64,000 nucleotides of DNA from Bdellovibrionota bacterium (GTDB taxonomy: Bacteria > Bdellovibrionota_C > UBA2361 > JBIKWN01): positions 96,001 to 160,000 of the forward strand of contig JBIKWN010000001.1 of NCBI GenBank assembly GCA_044356295.1. The letters run 5' to 3'. Below, one piece after another: positions 52,828-61,114 of this stretch (its first letter is position 1; the number at the start of each line of letters is the position of its first letter). A program made the translations under genes and the position numbers. The notes below the pieces were generated by a model that saw only the letters and a program-made list of their open reading frames with translations, made no database searches and was not told the DNA's origin.

Positions 52828-55221
52828 TTATTCAGCGTGTCTTAATCCGGCATACTGGTAAATAAGTTTTTTTGACTCCTGTGTTTGTTCGAACAGGATC
52901 TTAACTTTTATTTTAGACTGCGCAGCTTGATCGTCACCGATGCCTTCGATTGCTTCAATTGCCCCAATACCAAATGAAGGATGAACAACACGAAGCCCAA
53001 TTGCTAGATCTTCATCGACAACTGGTTTTAAATGTGCAGTTTTCTTTTCGCGCTCCTCATACAACGAGTCAGCATTTTTAATAATTGCTTGCTCATACGG
53101 TTTTGATGGTAGTTTTCGCCCCTTTGCACTTGTAATTCTTGATGGAGGATCTTTAAAGGGATCAAAGGGCTCATCAGTACTATCTGAATATGATTCATAT
53201 TCAAGAGAAGTAAAGAAACTACCAAGTGGATCGTCAATCATCGCCTTCGGTAGGTCGAAAGAGAATCTGCTTGCTTCACGAAATCTTGAACCGAGAGGAT
53301 CGCTCATCCCTCCAGCACTAAACATTCCTCGTTTTTTTGCACGTGTAATGAATAGTGCTTGCTTTGCCCTAGTCATTCCAACATAGCAAAGTCTTCTTTC
53401 CTCTTCGATCTCATTTGGATCGTTTACTGTTCGTTGATGCGGCAGTAGCCCTTCTTCGAATCCTGTAAAGAAAACAAGATCGTACTCAAGTCCTTTTGCA
53501 AGGTGAAGAGTCATGAGTGAAACGGTTTGGGTCGGAGCTTTATTAGCAGTATCACTTTTTTCTTGTTGATCAAGGACTGGATTTTCTTCCGTTGAAGAAA
53601 GGGCAATGCGGTCAAGGAACTGCTGAAGAGGATCTGAATCAGGTACAAATTCAAATGTAAGGGCTAAACCTAAAAGTTCATCGATGTTTTCAAGTCTTGA
53701 TTCTGCTTGAGGATCATCTTTCATCGCCTTAAGTTTAGCTGCGTAATGTGTGTCCTCGACAATGGCTTTTAATAGCTCAAAAAGTTTTCCGTCTTTATAG
53801 TTTCCTTTGAGCCCGGAAATTAATGAAACAAAAGCCCTCACCGATTTATTAGAACTAAAAGAATTGCTTGCAACTTCAAAAAGACTTTCTTGACTACTTG
53901 AAGCTTGATTCATGATTTGCACGATCGTTTGAGCACCAATACCTCGCGCTGGAGTGTTAATAATTCTTAGAAATGCTTGGTTATCATTTGGATTAGCGAT
54001 GAGTCTGAGGTAAGCAATTAAGTCTTTGATTTCTTTTCGGTCATAGAACTTAAGCCCACCATAAACACGGTAAGGAATTTTAAATGTAAGAAATGCTTCT
54101 TCAAGTGCACGAGACTGCGCGTTTGTTCTATAGAAACATGCGATATCTTGATATCCAAGTCCTGCAGCAACTCTTTTTTTAATTTCTTTTGCAATGAATT
54201 GAGCTTCTTCCGATTCGTCACTACCTGCAAAAAGATGAACTGGTTCTCCTGAACCTTGTGAAGTCCAAAGTTTTTTATCTTTTCGTCCTTTGTTTTTAAC
54301 GATAACTGCATGAGCACTCTCGAGAACATTTCCAGTCGACCGATAGTTTTGCTCTAGTTTGATAATTTTCGTTTCTGGAAAGTCTTTCTCAAAATCAAGA
54401 ATATTTTTGATAGTAGCACCACGAAACGCGTAAATTGATTGGTCATCATCACCAACAACTAGAAGGTTTTTCTTTTTACCTGATAGAAGTTTTATAATTT
54501 TATACTGAACATCATTGGTGTCTTGAAATTCATCGACAAGAACATAGTCAAGATTATCTTGAAAATAGGATAGGATTTTAGGATTTTCAGAAAGTAATTT
54601 ATAGGTAAAGCAGAGCAGATCTCCAAAATCCATTGCATTTGCCGCGCGCAGGGCTCGCTGATAGAGGTCATACACTTCTGCTTTTTGAGCGTCATAAGTA
54701 TTCTTGGAATCTTTCAATGCTTGCTCTGGATAGAGAGGAATATTTTTTATTTTATCGATATAACTTGTGAAGCTTTGAACTGGATACCTTTTATCATCGA
54801 TGTTTCGTTCTCGAAGTATGCGTTTGATAAGATCTTTACTATCAGCGGCATCATAAACAGTGAAATCATTTTTAAATCCAATTGCTTCAGCATAGCGGCG
54901 TAAAATTTTTAGTCCGCATGAATGAAACGTTGAGACCCACAGTGATTGTGCTAGATCTCCAACTAATAACTTTAAGCGATGCCGCATTTCACCTGCAGCT
55001 TTATTGGTAAAAGTAACAGCAAGAATTGAAGAAGATCGTACTTGGTTTTGAATAATAAGGTTTGCAATGCGACGGGTAAGAATTCTTGTTTTACCAGTGC
55101 CGGCTCCTGCAAGAACTAAGATCGGACCAGTTGTGTGTGTGACGGCATCTTTTTGTGGTTGATTGAGATTATCAAGGTGGCGCAACGACTGAGATTGGAT
55201 GGTTATACTGCTTTGTTCCAT
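52828..55221 (-). CDS. uvrD: UvrD/PcrA SF1 DNA helicase
   Basis: LAGAGTGKT, VDEFQD, VGDDDQSIYAFRGA, QNYRS, KGLE, EERRL. Confidence 0.95.
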   Translation of the reverse strand: MEQSSITIQSQSLRHLDNLNQPQKDAVTHTTGPILVLAGAGTGKTRILTRRIANLIIQNQVRSSSILAVTFTNKAAGEMRHRLKLLVGDLAQSLWVSTFHSCGLKILRRYAEAIGFKNDFTVYDAADSKDLIKRILRERNIDDKRYPVQSFTSYIDKIKNIPLYPEQALKDSKNTYDAQKAEVYDLYQRALRAANAMDFGDLLCFTYKLLSENPKILSYFQDNLDYVLVDEFQDTNDVQYKIIKLLSGKKKNLLVVGDDDQSIYAFRGATIKNILDFEKDFPETKIIKLEQNYRSTGNVLESAHAVIVKNKGRKDKKLWTSQGSGEPVHLFAGSDESEEAQFIAKEIKKRVAAGLGYQDIACFYRTNAQSRALEEAFLTFKIPYRVYGGLKFYDRKEIKDLIAYLRLIANPNDNQAFLRIINTPARGIGAQTIVQIMNQASSSQESLFEVASNSFSSNKSVRAFVSLISGLKGNYKDGKLFELLKAIVEDTHYAAKLKAMKDDPQAESRLENIDELLGLALTFEFVPDSDPLQQFLDRIALSSTEENPVLDQQEKSDTANKAPTQTVSLMTLHLAKGLEYDLVFFTGFEEGLLPHQRTVNDPNEIEEERRLCYVGMTRAKQALFITRAKKRGMFSAGGMSDPLGSRFREASRFSFDLPKAMIDDPLGSFFTSLEYESYSDSTDEPFDPFKDPPSRITSAKGRKLPSKPYEQAIIKNADSLYEEREKKTAHLKPVVDEDLAIGLRVVHPSFGIGAIEAIEGIGDDQAAQSKIKVKILFEQTQESKKLIYQYAGLRHAE

Positions 55222-55504
55222 TTGATATTTGAAAGTACAAATTTTTTATAAAAACTACGCAATAGGTGTACAGTATTTTTCTAAAGTTTACTACATTCGA
55301 TTAGTAAGTATGTTCTTTCAAAGAGACATAAAGTGTATCGATAGTTTCTGATCAATGTTCGAGTATTGGAAACAAAAAGTTTACCAAAATGGCGGAAGAA
55401 TTAACTTTGTATTGTTTGAAGCTGGGTAGAAAATCTTGAAGAATTTAAAGCTCTATAGAGAGCTATGTTAAATTTTTACAGTCCAGCTTTTAGTGTGACT
55501 TTAA

Positions 55505-55559
55505 CGTAGGCGTGAGCGATTTTTTTCAGGTCACGCTCACGCCTACGCTCACGGTCATG
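55505..55559. repeat. GC-rich 14 bp inverted repeat built from hexamer units (REP-like)
   Basis: CGTAGGCGTGAGCG 55505-55518 / CGCTCACGCCTACG 55534-55547; CACGCT-CACGCC-TACGCT-CACGGT. Confidence 0.7.
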
Positions 55560-55584
55560 GGCTGAAGCGATGTACTTGATTCTG

Positions 55585-55740
55585 TTATGCAGTACGTCGG
55601 CGAAGAACATTCTGATTTAACAGTGACCGCTTAAATTCCTTAGAATCGCCAAATCGCTCTGAAAGGTTTATGGCAACATAGGCAAGCCCAATTAGAGCTG
55701 GGATGATATTTAATAAAAGTTGTACTGAAAGTGCTATCAT
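55585..55740 (-). CDS. Small single-TM protein (51 aa) MIALSVQLLLNIIPALIGLAYVAINLSERFGDSKEFKRSLLNQNVLRRRTA
   Basis: SD AAGGA just upstream of ATG; hydrophobic N-terminus, basic tail; followed by hairpin. Confidence 0.6.
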   Translation of the reverse strand: MIALSVQLLLNIIPALIGLAYVAINLSERFGDSKEFKRSLLNQNVLRRRTA

Positions 55741-55866
55741 ATGCTTCCTTGCAAAAATGTTCTTCGAGTCTATTTCTATATGTTATTTAAATAGGTTTCA
55801 AGTCTTTTTCTATAGTCGAAAGAAAATAAAATTGCATTTTTACTCTAAACCCACCAAAATTTATCT

Positions 55867-56466
55867 GTGTCCAGCTCATACGATAGAAAAGATAAATACT
55901 ATAACCTTGCGAAAGAACAAGGATTTCGCTCTCGTGCTGCATTTAAACTTAAAGAATTAGATAAGAAATATAAATTATTAGAACGTGGATTTAAGGTTGC
56001 AGATCTAGGCGCTTGGCCTGGTGGATGGATGCAAGTTGCTGCGCAAACTGTGGGACCTAAGGGACTTGTTGTTGGAATTGATCTCGCAGAAATTGAAGAA
56101 TTTCAAGATGATAACGTCTTAACAATTGTTGGCGATGTTCGTGACGAAGAAGTAATCTTGAAAGCTAAAGAAGCTGCTTCTGGTTACTATGATCTTGTTT
56201 TATCTGATATGTCTCCAAAGCTTATCGGCATCAAAGAGGCTGATAGGGCAGGAGCAGTTGGATGTGCAGAATTAGCATTGTGGGCATGTGAAGAGCTTTT
56301 AAAAACTGATGGAACTCTGGTGATAAAAGTTTTTAAAAACAACGAAACGGATGAGTTTGTTAAAGTAATGCGAAAAAGTTTTACTAAAATTGTAAGAAGC
56401 GAACTTGAAACGACACGCAAAACTTCAGATGAGTACTATTGTTTAGGATTTGGATTTAAGCGTTAA
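55867..56466 (+). CDS. rlmE: 23S rRNA Um2552 methyltransferase
   Basis: GFRSRAAFKL, DLGAWPGGW, LSDMSP, KVF. Confidence 0.93.
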   Translation: MSSSYDRKDKYYNLAKEQGFRSRAAFKLKELDKKYKLLERGFKVADLGAWPGGWMQVAAQTVGPKGLVVGIDLAEIEEFQDDNVLTIVGDVRDEEVILKAKEAASGYYDLVLSDMSPKLIGIKEADRAGAVGCAELALWACEELLKTDGTLVIKVFKNNETDEFVKVMRKSFTKIVRSELETTRKTSDEYYCLGFGFKR

Positions 56467-56471
56467 CAAGG

Positions 56472-57269
56472 ATGATTTCTACAACAACTGCTACAATTGA
56501 AAAACTTGGAACAACTATGCTTGATCTCACTGAAGGGTGGGGCAGGTGCTGGGTATTTTTATATAGATCAATTCGAGCCATTTTCTCGAGACCATTTCGT
56601 CTTTTCCTTTTTTTACAGCAGATCCGACAGATTGGTGTTAATTCAACATTAGTTATTTCCTTGATAGCTATTTTTACAGGTGCAGTTCTTGCAGTTCAAG
56701 CTGATTATACCTTAGCAAAATTTGGAGCCACTGCATTTACTGGACCTGCCGTTGCGCTTAGTTTGATTCGGGAGCTTGGTCCAGTGCTGACGGCTCTTAT
56801 GATTATAGGAAGAGCTGGCTCAGCTATAACTGCCGAACTTGGTATCATGAGGATTACTGAACAGATTGATGCACTTCGATCTATGGCTGTCGATCCAATT
56901 AAATATTTGATGGCACCTCGAATACTTGCGGGTCTCATTGCGATGCCACTTCTTACAGCTTGGTTTGTTTTTATAGGTATTGTTGGTGGTTTTATTGTTT
57001 CAACTTCACTCCTTGGATCAAGCTCTGGAACTTTTATTTCTCAGATGGAATCAGCTGTTGGTGCTGTGGATATATATTCAGGATTTATAAAATCAATCGT
57101 GTTTGGTCTCTTATTCGGTTGGATCTGTTGTTATAAAGGGTACTACTCTGGATTTGGAGCTGTTGGTGTAAACCGCGCAACAACTCAAGCAGTAGTTGCC
57201 TCTTCCGTTGCAGTTCTGGTTGTTGATTATTTTCTAACAAGTATTCTTACCCGCGTTTTCATGGGTTAA
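56472..57269 (+). CDS. mlaE: MlaE-family ABC permease
   Basis: RELGPVLTAL, EQIDALRSM. Confidence 0.92.
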   Translation: MISTTTATIEKLGTTMLDLTEGWGRCWVFLYRSIRAIFSRPFRLFLFLQQIRQIGVNSTLVISLIAIFTGAVLAVQADYTLAKFGATAFTGPAVALSLIRELGPVLTALMIIGRAGSAITAELGIMRITEQIDALRSMAVDPIKYLMAPRILAGLIAMPLLTAWFVFIGIVGGFIVSTSLLGSSSGTFISQMESAVGAVDIYSGFIKSIVFGLLFGWICCYKGYYSGFGAVGVNRATTQAVVASSVAVLVVDYFLTSILTRVFMG

Positions 57270-57279
57270 GTGACGGCAT

Positions 57280-58032
57280 ATGATTAGTGTTCGAAACCTA
57301 TATAAAAGCTTTGGAGCACAGATTGTCTTAGATTGTGTAAGCTTTGATATAGAGGTTGGAAAAACCACTGCTATTGTAGGACCAAGTGGAGTAGGTAAAT
57401 CTGTTTTACTTCGGCTCATCATGGGAATGATGAAGCCAGATGCAGGTCAAATTTTTATAGATAATAGAGAAATTACCTCAGTAACCGATGAAGGTGAATT
57501 AAATGAGATTCGGTCAGACCTCGGCGTACTCTTTCAAAACGCAGCACTTTTTGATTCTTTAACAGTCTATGAGAATATTGCATTCGCACTGAGACAGCGA
57601 CCGAAAAAGGTTTCTCAGATGGATATCCATCATCGAGTTGTTGCTATGTTAAAGGCTTTGAACTTAGCTTCTTCTGCTTTTTCTCTTCCTGGCGAATTAT
57701 CAATGGGTATGAGAAAAAGGGTAGGAATGGCTCGTGCATTAGTAACAGAGCCAAAGGTGATTCTTTTTGATGAACCAAATACTGGGCTTGATCCTTGGGA
57801 TGGGCAACAAGTGTACGATCTTATTGCACACTGTAAATTGGAGTATGGATTTACAGGGATTGTTATTAGCCATGAAATACCTGAAATATTTCAGATCGCG
57901 GATAATGTGCTTATGTTGCTGGATGGAAAAATTGCAGAAGAGGGTAATCCTGAAGTATTGCAACACTCCGTAAATCCAGCGGTACAACAATTTTTAACAG
58001 GAAGTATTGATGGACCAATTAAAATCCAATAA
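57280..58032 (+). CDS. mlaF: MlaF-family ABC ATPase
   Basis: GPSGVGKS, FQNAALFDS, LSMGMRKR, DEP. Confidence 0.9.
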   Translation: MISVRNLYKSFGAQIVLDCVSFDIEVGKTTAIVGPSGVGKSVLLRLIMGMMKPDAGQIFIDNREITSVTDEGELNEIRSDLGVLFQNAALFDSLTVYENIAFALRQRPKKVSQMDIHHRVVAMLKALNLASSAFSLPGELSMGMRKRVGMARALVTEPKVILFDEPNTGLDPWDGQQVYDLIAHCKLEYGFTGIVISHEIPEIFQIADNVLMLLDGKIAEEGNPEVLQHSVNPAVQQFLTGSIDGPIKIQ

Positions 58033-58528
58033 AGAAACAGCTCAAGAAATACCGATACCTAAGAGGACTATTACATTAGAGTTCCTTGTTGGGATTTTTA
58101 CACTTATCACCGTTGCTGCAGCTGGATATCTTGCTGTTGGCTTAGGAGATATTCGATTTTTTAATACTGGTGAGAAATTTATAACAGCTGAATTTAACAA
58201 TGTATCCGGCCTTAAGCCTGGCGCCAGTGTTGAGCTAGCAGGAGTTCCTGTAGGTTCAGTAGATGCTATTGAATTAAAAGGATACTTTGCTGAAGTAGTT
58301 TTACGCATTTCTAAAAATTTTGATTTAAAAGATGAGGATAGTTTAGCAATCCGAACTAAGGGAATTATCGGCGATAGATATGTAAAGATTATTCCTGGGG
58401 GTTCTCAAACTATTATAAAAGATGGTGGCAAAGTCTCTGAAAGTAGCACTCTCTCTGTGATAGATTTTGAAGAGCTTGTAGAGAAAGTGGTGAGCCACTA
58501 TTCAGATGATAAGGATTCAAGTAAGTAA
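58010..58528 (+). CDS. mlaD: MlaD (MCE domain) protein
   Basis: FNNVSGL..V.LAGV.VG, IRTKGIIGDRY. Confidence 0.9.
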   Translation: MDQLKSNKETAQEIPIPKRTITLEFLVGIFTLITVAAAGYLAVGLGDIRFFNTGEKFITAEFNNVSGLKPGASVELAGVPVGSVDAIELKGYFAEVVLRISKNFDLKDEDSLAIRTKGIIGDRYVKIIPGGSQTIIKDGGKVSESSTLSVIDFEELVEKVVSHYSDDKDSSK

Positions 58529-58551
58529 AAAAAGATTCTTAAAAGGTTATT

Positions 58552-59154
58552 ATGAGCATTATACAAAAATTATTAACAGCATTAACCCTTACCTCTGTAA
58601 TGATCTTTGCGCCATTGGTCACTGCAGAGTTGCCTTCACCTAAACAAACGGTACAGCAAACGCTTGACGATATAGTTGCTGTTGTAACTAAAAATAAAGG
58701 AGATGAAAATAAGCCTGCTCGGAGGAATGGTCTTCGCTCAATTATGAATCCAAAGTTTGACTTTGCAAAAATGGCACAACTCTCTTTGGGCACAAATTGG
58801 AATACAATTGACGAAGATCAGCAAAAAGAATTTGTCGACGTATTTTCCAACCTTCTTTCTAAAACGTATATGGCAAAAGTTGAGACAGTAGAGCCAGGTA
58901 TGATTACGGTTGAAAGCGAGAGAATTGAAGAAGGAAATGTAAAAGCTGTTGTAAAAACATTAGTGAAATCAAAAGGAGATTACTTTCCAATTGATTACCG
59001 ACTTGTTTTGCAAGGTGATACGTGGCGCGTGTACGATGTTGTTATTGAAAACATTGGACTTGTTGTTAATTACCGAAATGAATTTGCTTCAATTGTTAGA
59101 AAAGATAAATTTTCAGGACTCATGGAGCAGCTTCGAAAAAAGAGCGCTGAGTAA
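58552..59154 (+). CDS. mlaC: MlaC/Ttg2D phospholipid shuttle
   Basis: FDFAKMAQLSLG, WRVYDVVIE..LVVNYR. Confidence 0.9.
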   Translation: MSIIQKLLTALTLTSVMIFAPLVTAELPSPKQTVQQTLDDIVAVVTKNKGDENKPARRNGLRSIMNPKFDFAKMAQLSLGTNWNTIDEDQQKEFVDVFSNLLSKTYMAKVETVEPGMITVESERIEEGNVKAVVKTLVKSKGDYFPIDYRLVLQGDTWRVYDVVIENIGLVVNYRNEFASIVRKDKFSGLMEQLRKKSAE

Positions 59155-59166
59155 GAAACAATAGTA

Positions 59167-60099
59167 ATGAAAAAAAACTCAAAGATTTTTATTGCTGGTC
59201 ACGGGGGTCTTGTAGGATCTGGAATAGTCCGATTATTGAAGGCGAACGGATATACTAACTTATTACTTAAAACTCGAGAGGAGCTGGATTTATCCAATCA
59301 AGCTAAGGTTAATAGTTTCTTTGAACAAGAAAGACCTGAGTTTGTTTTTTTTGCAGCAGCAAAAGTTGGTGGTATTTTCTATAATCAAACCCATCAGGCA
59401 GATTTTCTGTATGATAACTTGATTATAGCTGCAAATGTAATTCATGCTGCTGCAACTTTTGATACAGAGAAATTACTTTTTCTTGGAAGTTCTTGTGTGT
59501 ATCCAAAAATGGCGCCACAACCGATTCGTGAAGAGTACCTTTTGACTTCAAGTCTTGAGCCGACAAATGAAGGGTATGCAATTGCAAAAATTGCTGGTTT
59601 AAAACTTTGTGAGAAATATGCCGAGCAGTACGGAAAAAGATTTATATCGGCTATGCCTACAAATCTCTATGGCCCAAATGATAACTTTCACCCAGACCGA
59701 TCGCACGTGATACCAGGAATGATGAGGCGATTTCATGCTGCAAAGATTAATGGTGATAAAACTATTTCAGTTTGGGGAACCGGAAATCCTAAGAGAGAAT
59801 TTCTTTTTGTAGACGATCTGGCCGCTGGATTACTTCTGCTTATGGAAAATTATGAAGAAAAATCGACTATTAATATCGGTACAGGAACTGATATTACAAT
59901 TCGAGAGCTTGCAGAAGTAATGGCAGAGGTTGTTGATTTTAAAGGTGAAATTATTTTTGATACAACCAAACCTGATGGAACTCCAAGAAAAGTTCTTGAT
60001 GTGTCAAAAATAAAGTCACTTGGATGGTTACCGAAAGTAGATCTAAAAAATGGTCTTGCTGTTGCTTATCAATGGGCAGTTTCAAATCAAAAAATATAA
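59167..60099 (+). CDS. fcl: GDP-L-fucose synthase
   Basis: AGHGGLVGS, AAAKVGGI, GSSCVYP, YAIAK, PTNLYGP. Confidence 0.95.
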   Translation: MKKNSKIFIAGHGGLVGSGIVRLLKANGYTNLLLKTREELDLSNQAKVNSFFEQERPEFVFFAAAKVGGIFYNQTHQADFLYDNLIIAANVIHAAATFDTEKLLFLGSSCVYPKMAPQPIREEYLLTSSLEPTNEGYAIAKIAGLKLCEKYAEQYGKRFISAMPTNLYGPNDNFHPDRSHVIPGMMRRFHAAKINGDKTISVWGTGNPKREFLFVDDLAAGLLLLMENYEEKSTINIGTGTDITIRELAEVMAEVVDFKGEIIFDTTKPDGTPRKVLDVSKIKSLGWLPKVDLKNGLAVAYQWAVSNQKI

Positions 60100-60113
60100 A
60101 TTTAGCTTAAGAT

Positions 60114-61112
60114 ATGACGAACAAAAAAGCTGGAACTATTCTTGTACTTGGGGGAGCAGGATACATTGGAAGCCACGCAGTGCTTGCGCTTAAAGAGCGT
60201 GGGTATACACCTGTTATTTATGATAATTTTGTTTATGGAAATAGAGATATCGCTAAAACTCTTGATGTCTCAATAGTTGATGCAAATATTTCAGATAGAA
60301 CTGCACTTCGTGAAGCTTTTTCAAAATATAAGCCACAAGCAGTTATGCATTTTGCAGCCTTTGCATATGTTGGTGAATCTGTAACAGAACCTGCAAAGTA
60401 TTATGATAATAATCTTGCAACGACTCTTATTTTACTAGATGAAATGAGAAGTGCGGGAATTAATAACTTTATATTTTCTTCTACGTGCGCTACATACGGA
60501 GTTCCTCAAAAGTTTCCAATTACAGAAGATCTTCCTCAAAATCCAGTGAATCCATATGGAAGAACAAAGCTTATGGTTGAGCAGGTCTTAAGGGACTATG
60601 ACCATGCCTATGGATTTCGCTCAGTTATTTTTAGATATTTTAATGCAGCTGGAGCTCATCCTGTAGGAGATATTGGGGAACGTCATAACCCAGAAACACA
60701 TTTAATTCCTTTAGCTCTTGCTGCAACAGAAAGTAGCGCTCCTCTAAAAGTTTTTGGCGATGACTATGATACTCCTGACGGTACATGTATACGTGACTAT
60801 ATTCATGTCACTGATATTGCAGATGCTCATGTAAAAGGGCTTGAAATGCTCATCAATGAAAATACTTCTGATATTTTTAATATTGGAACTGGTAACGGAT
60901 ATTCAGTCAAAGAAGTTATCTCTACAATTGAAAAGATCTCTGGAAGAAAAGTACATTACTCAATGAATCCACGACGAGCAGGCGATCCTCCAAAGCTTGT
61001 TGCAGGTGCTGATAAAATTAAAAAAATACTTGGATGGAATCCTCAGTATAGTGATCTAAATACTATTATTGAGTCTGCATGGAACTGGTACTTGAAAGAG
61101 CAGAAACGTTGA
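60114..61112 (+). CDS. galE: UDP-glucose 4-epimerase
   Basis: GGAGYIGSH, HFAA, YGRTK, RYFN, DGTCIRDYIHV. Confidence 0.95.
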   Translation: MTNKKAGTILVLGGAGYIGSHAVLALKERGYTPVIYDNFVYGNRDIAKTLDVSIVDANISDRTALREAFSKYKPQAVMHFAAFAYVGESVTEPAKYYDNNLATTLILLDEMRSAGINNFIFSSTCATYGVPQKFPITEDLPQNPVNPYGRTKLMVEQVLRDYDHAYGFRSVIFRYFNAAGAHPVGDIGERHNPETHLIPLALAATESSAPLKVFGDDYDTPDGTCIRDYIHVTDIADAHVKGLEMLINENTSDIFNIGTGNGYSVKEVISTIEKISGRKVHYSMNPRRAGDPPKLVAGADKIKKILGWNPQYSDLNTIIESAWNWYLKEQKR

Positions 61113-61114
61113 CG

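Noticed and set aside
55498..55590. Minus-strand GCATAAC...GTTAAAG as another attC
   Set aside because: The hairpin is off-centre, with no L boxes or extrahelical-base pattern
55703..55960. 85 aa plus-strand ORF
   Set aside because: AT-rich promoter DNA overlapping rlmE and the better-supported minus-strand small ORF
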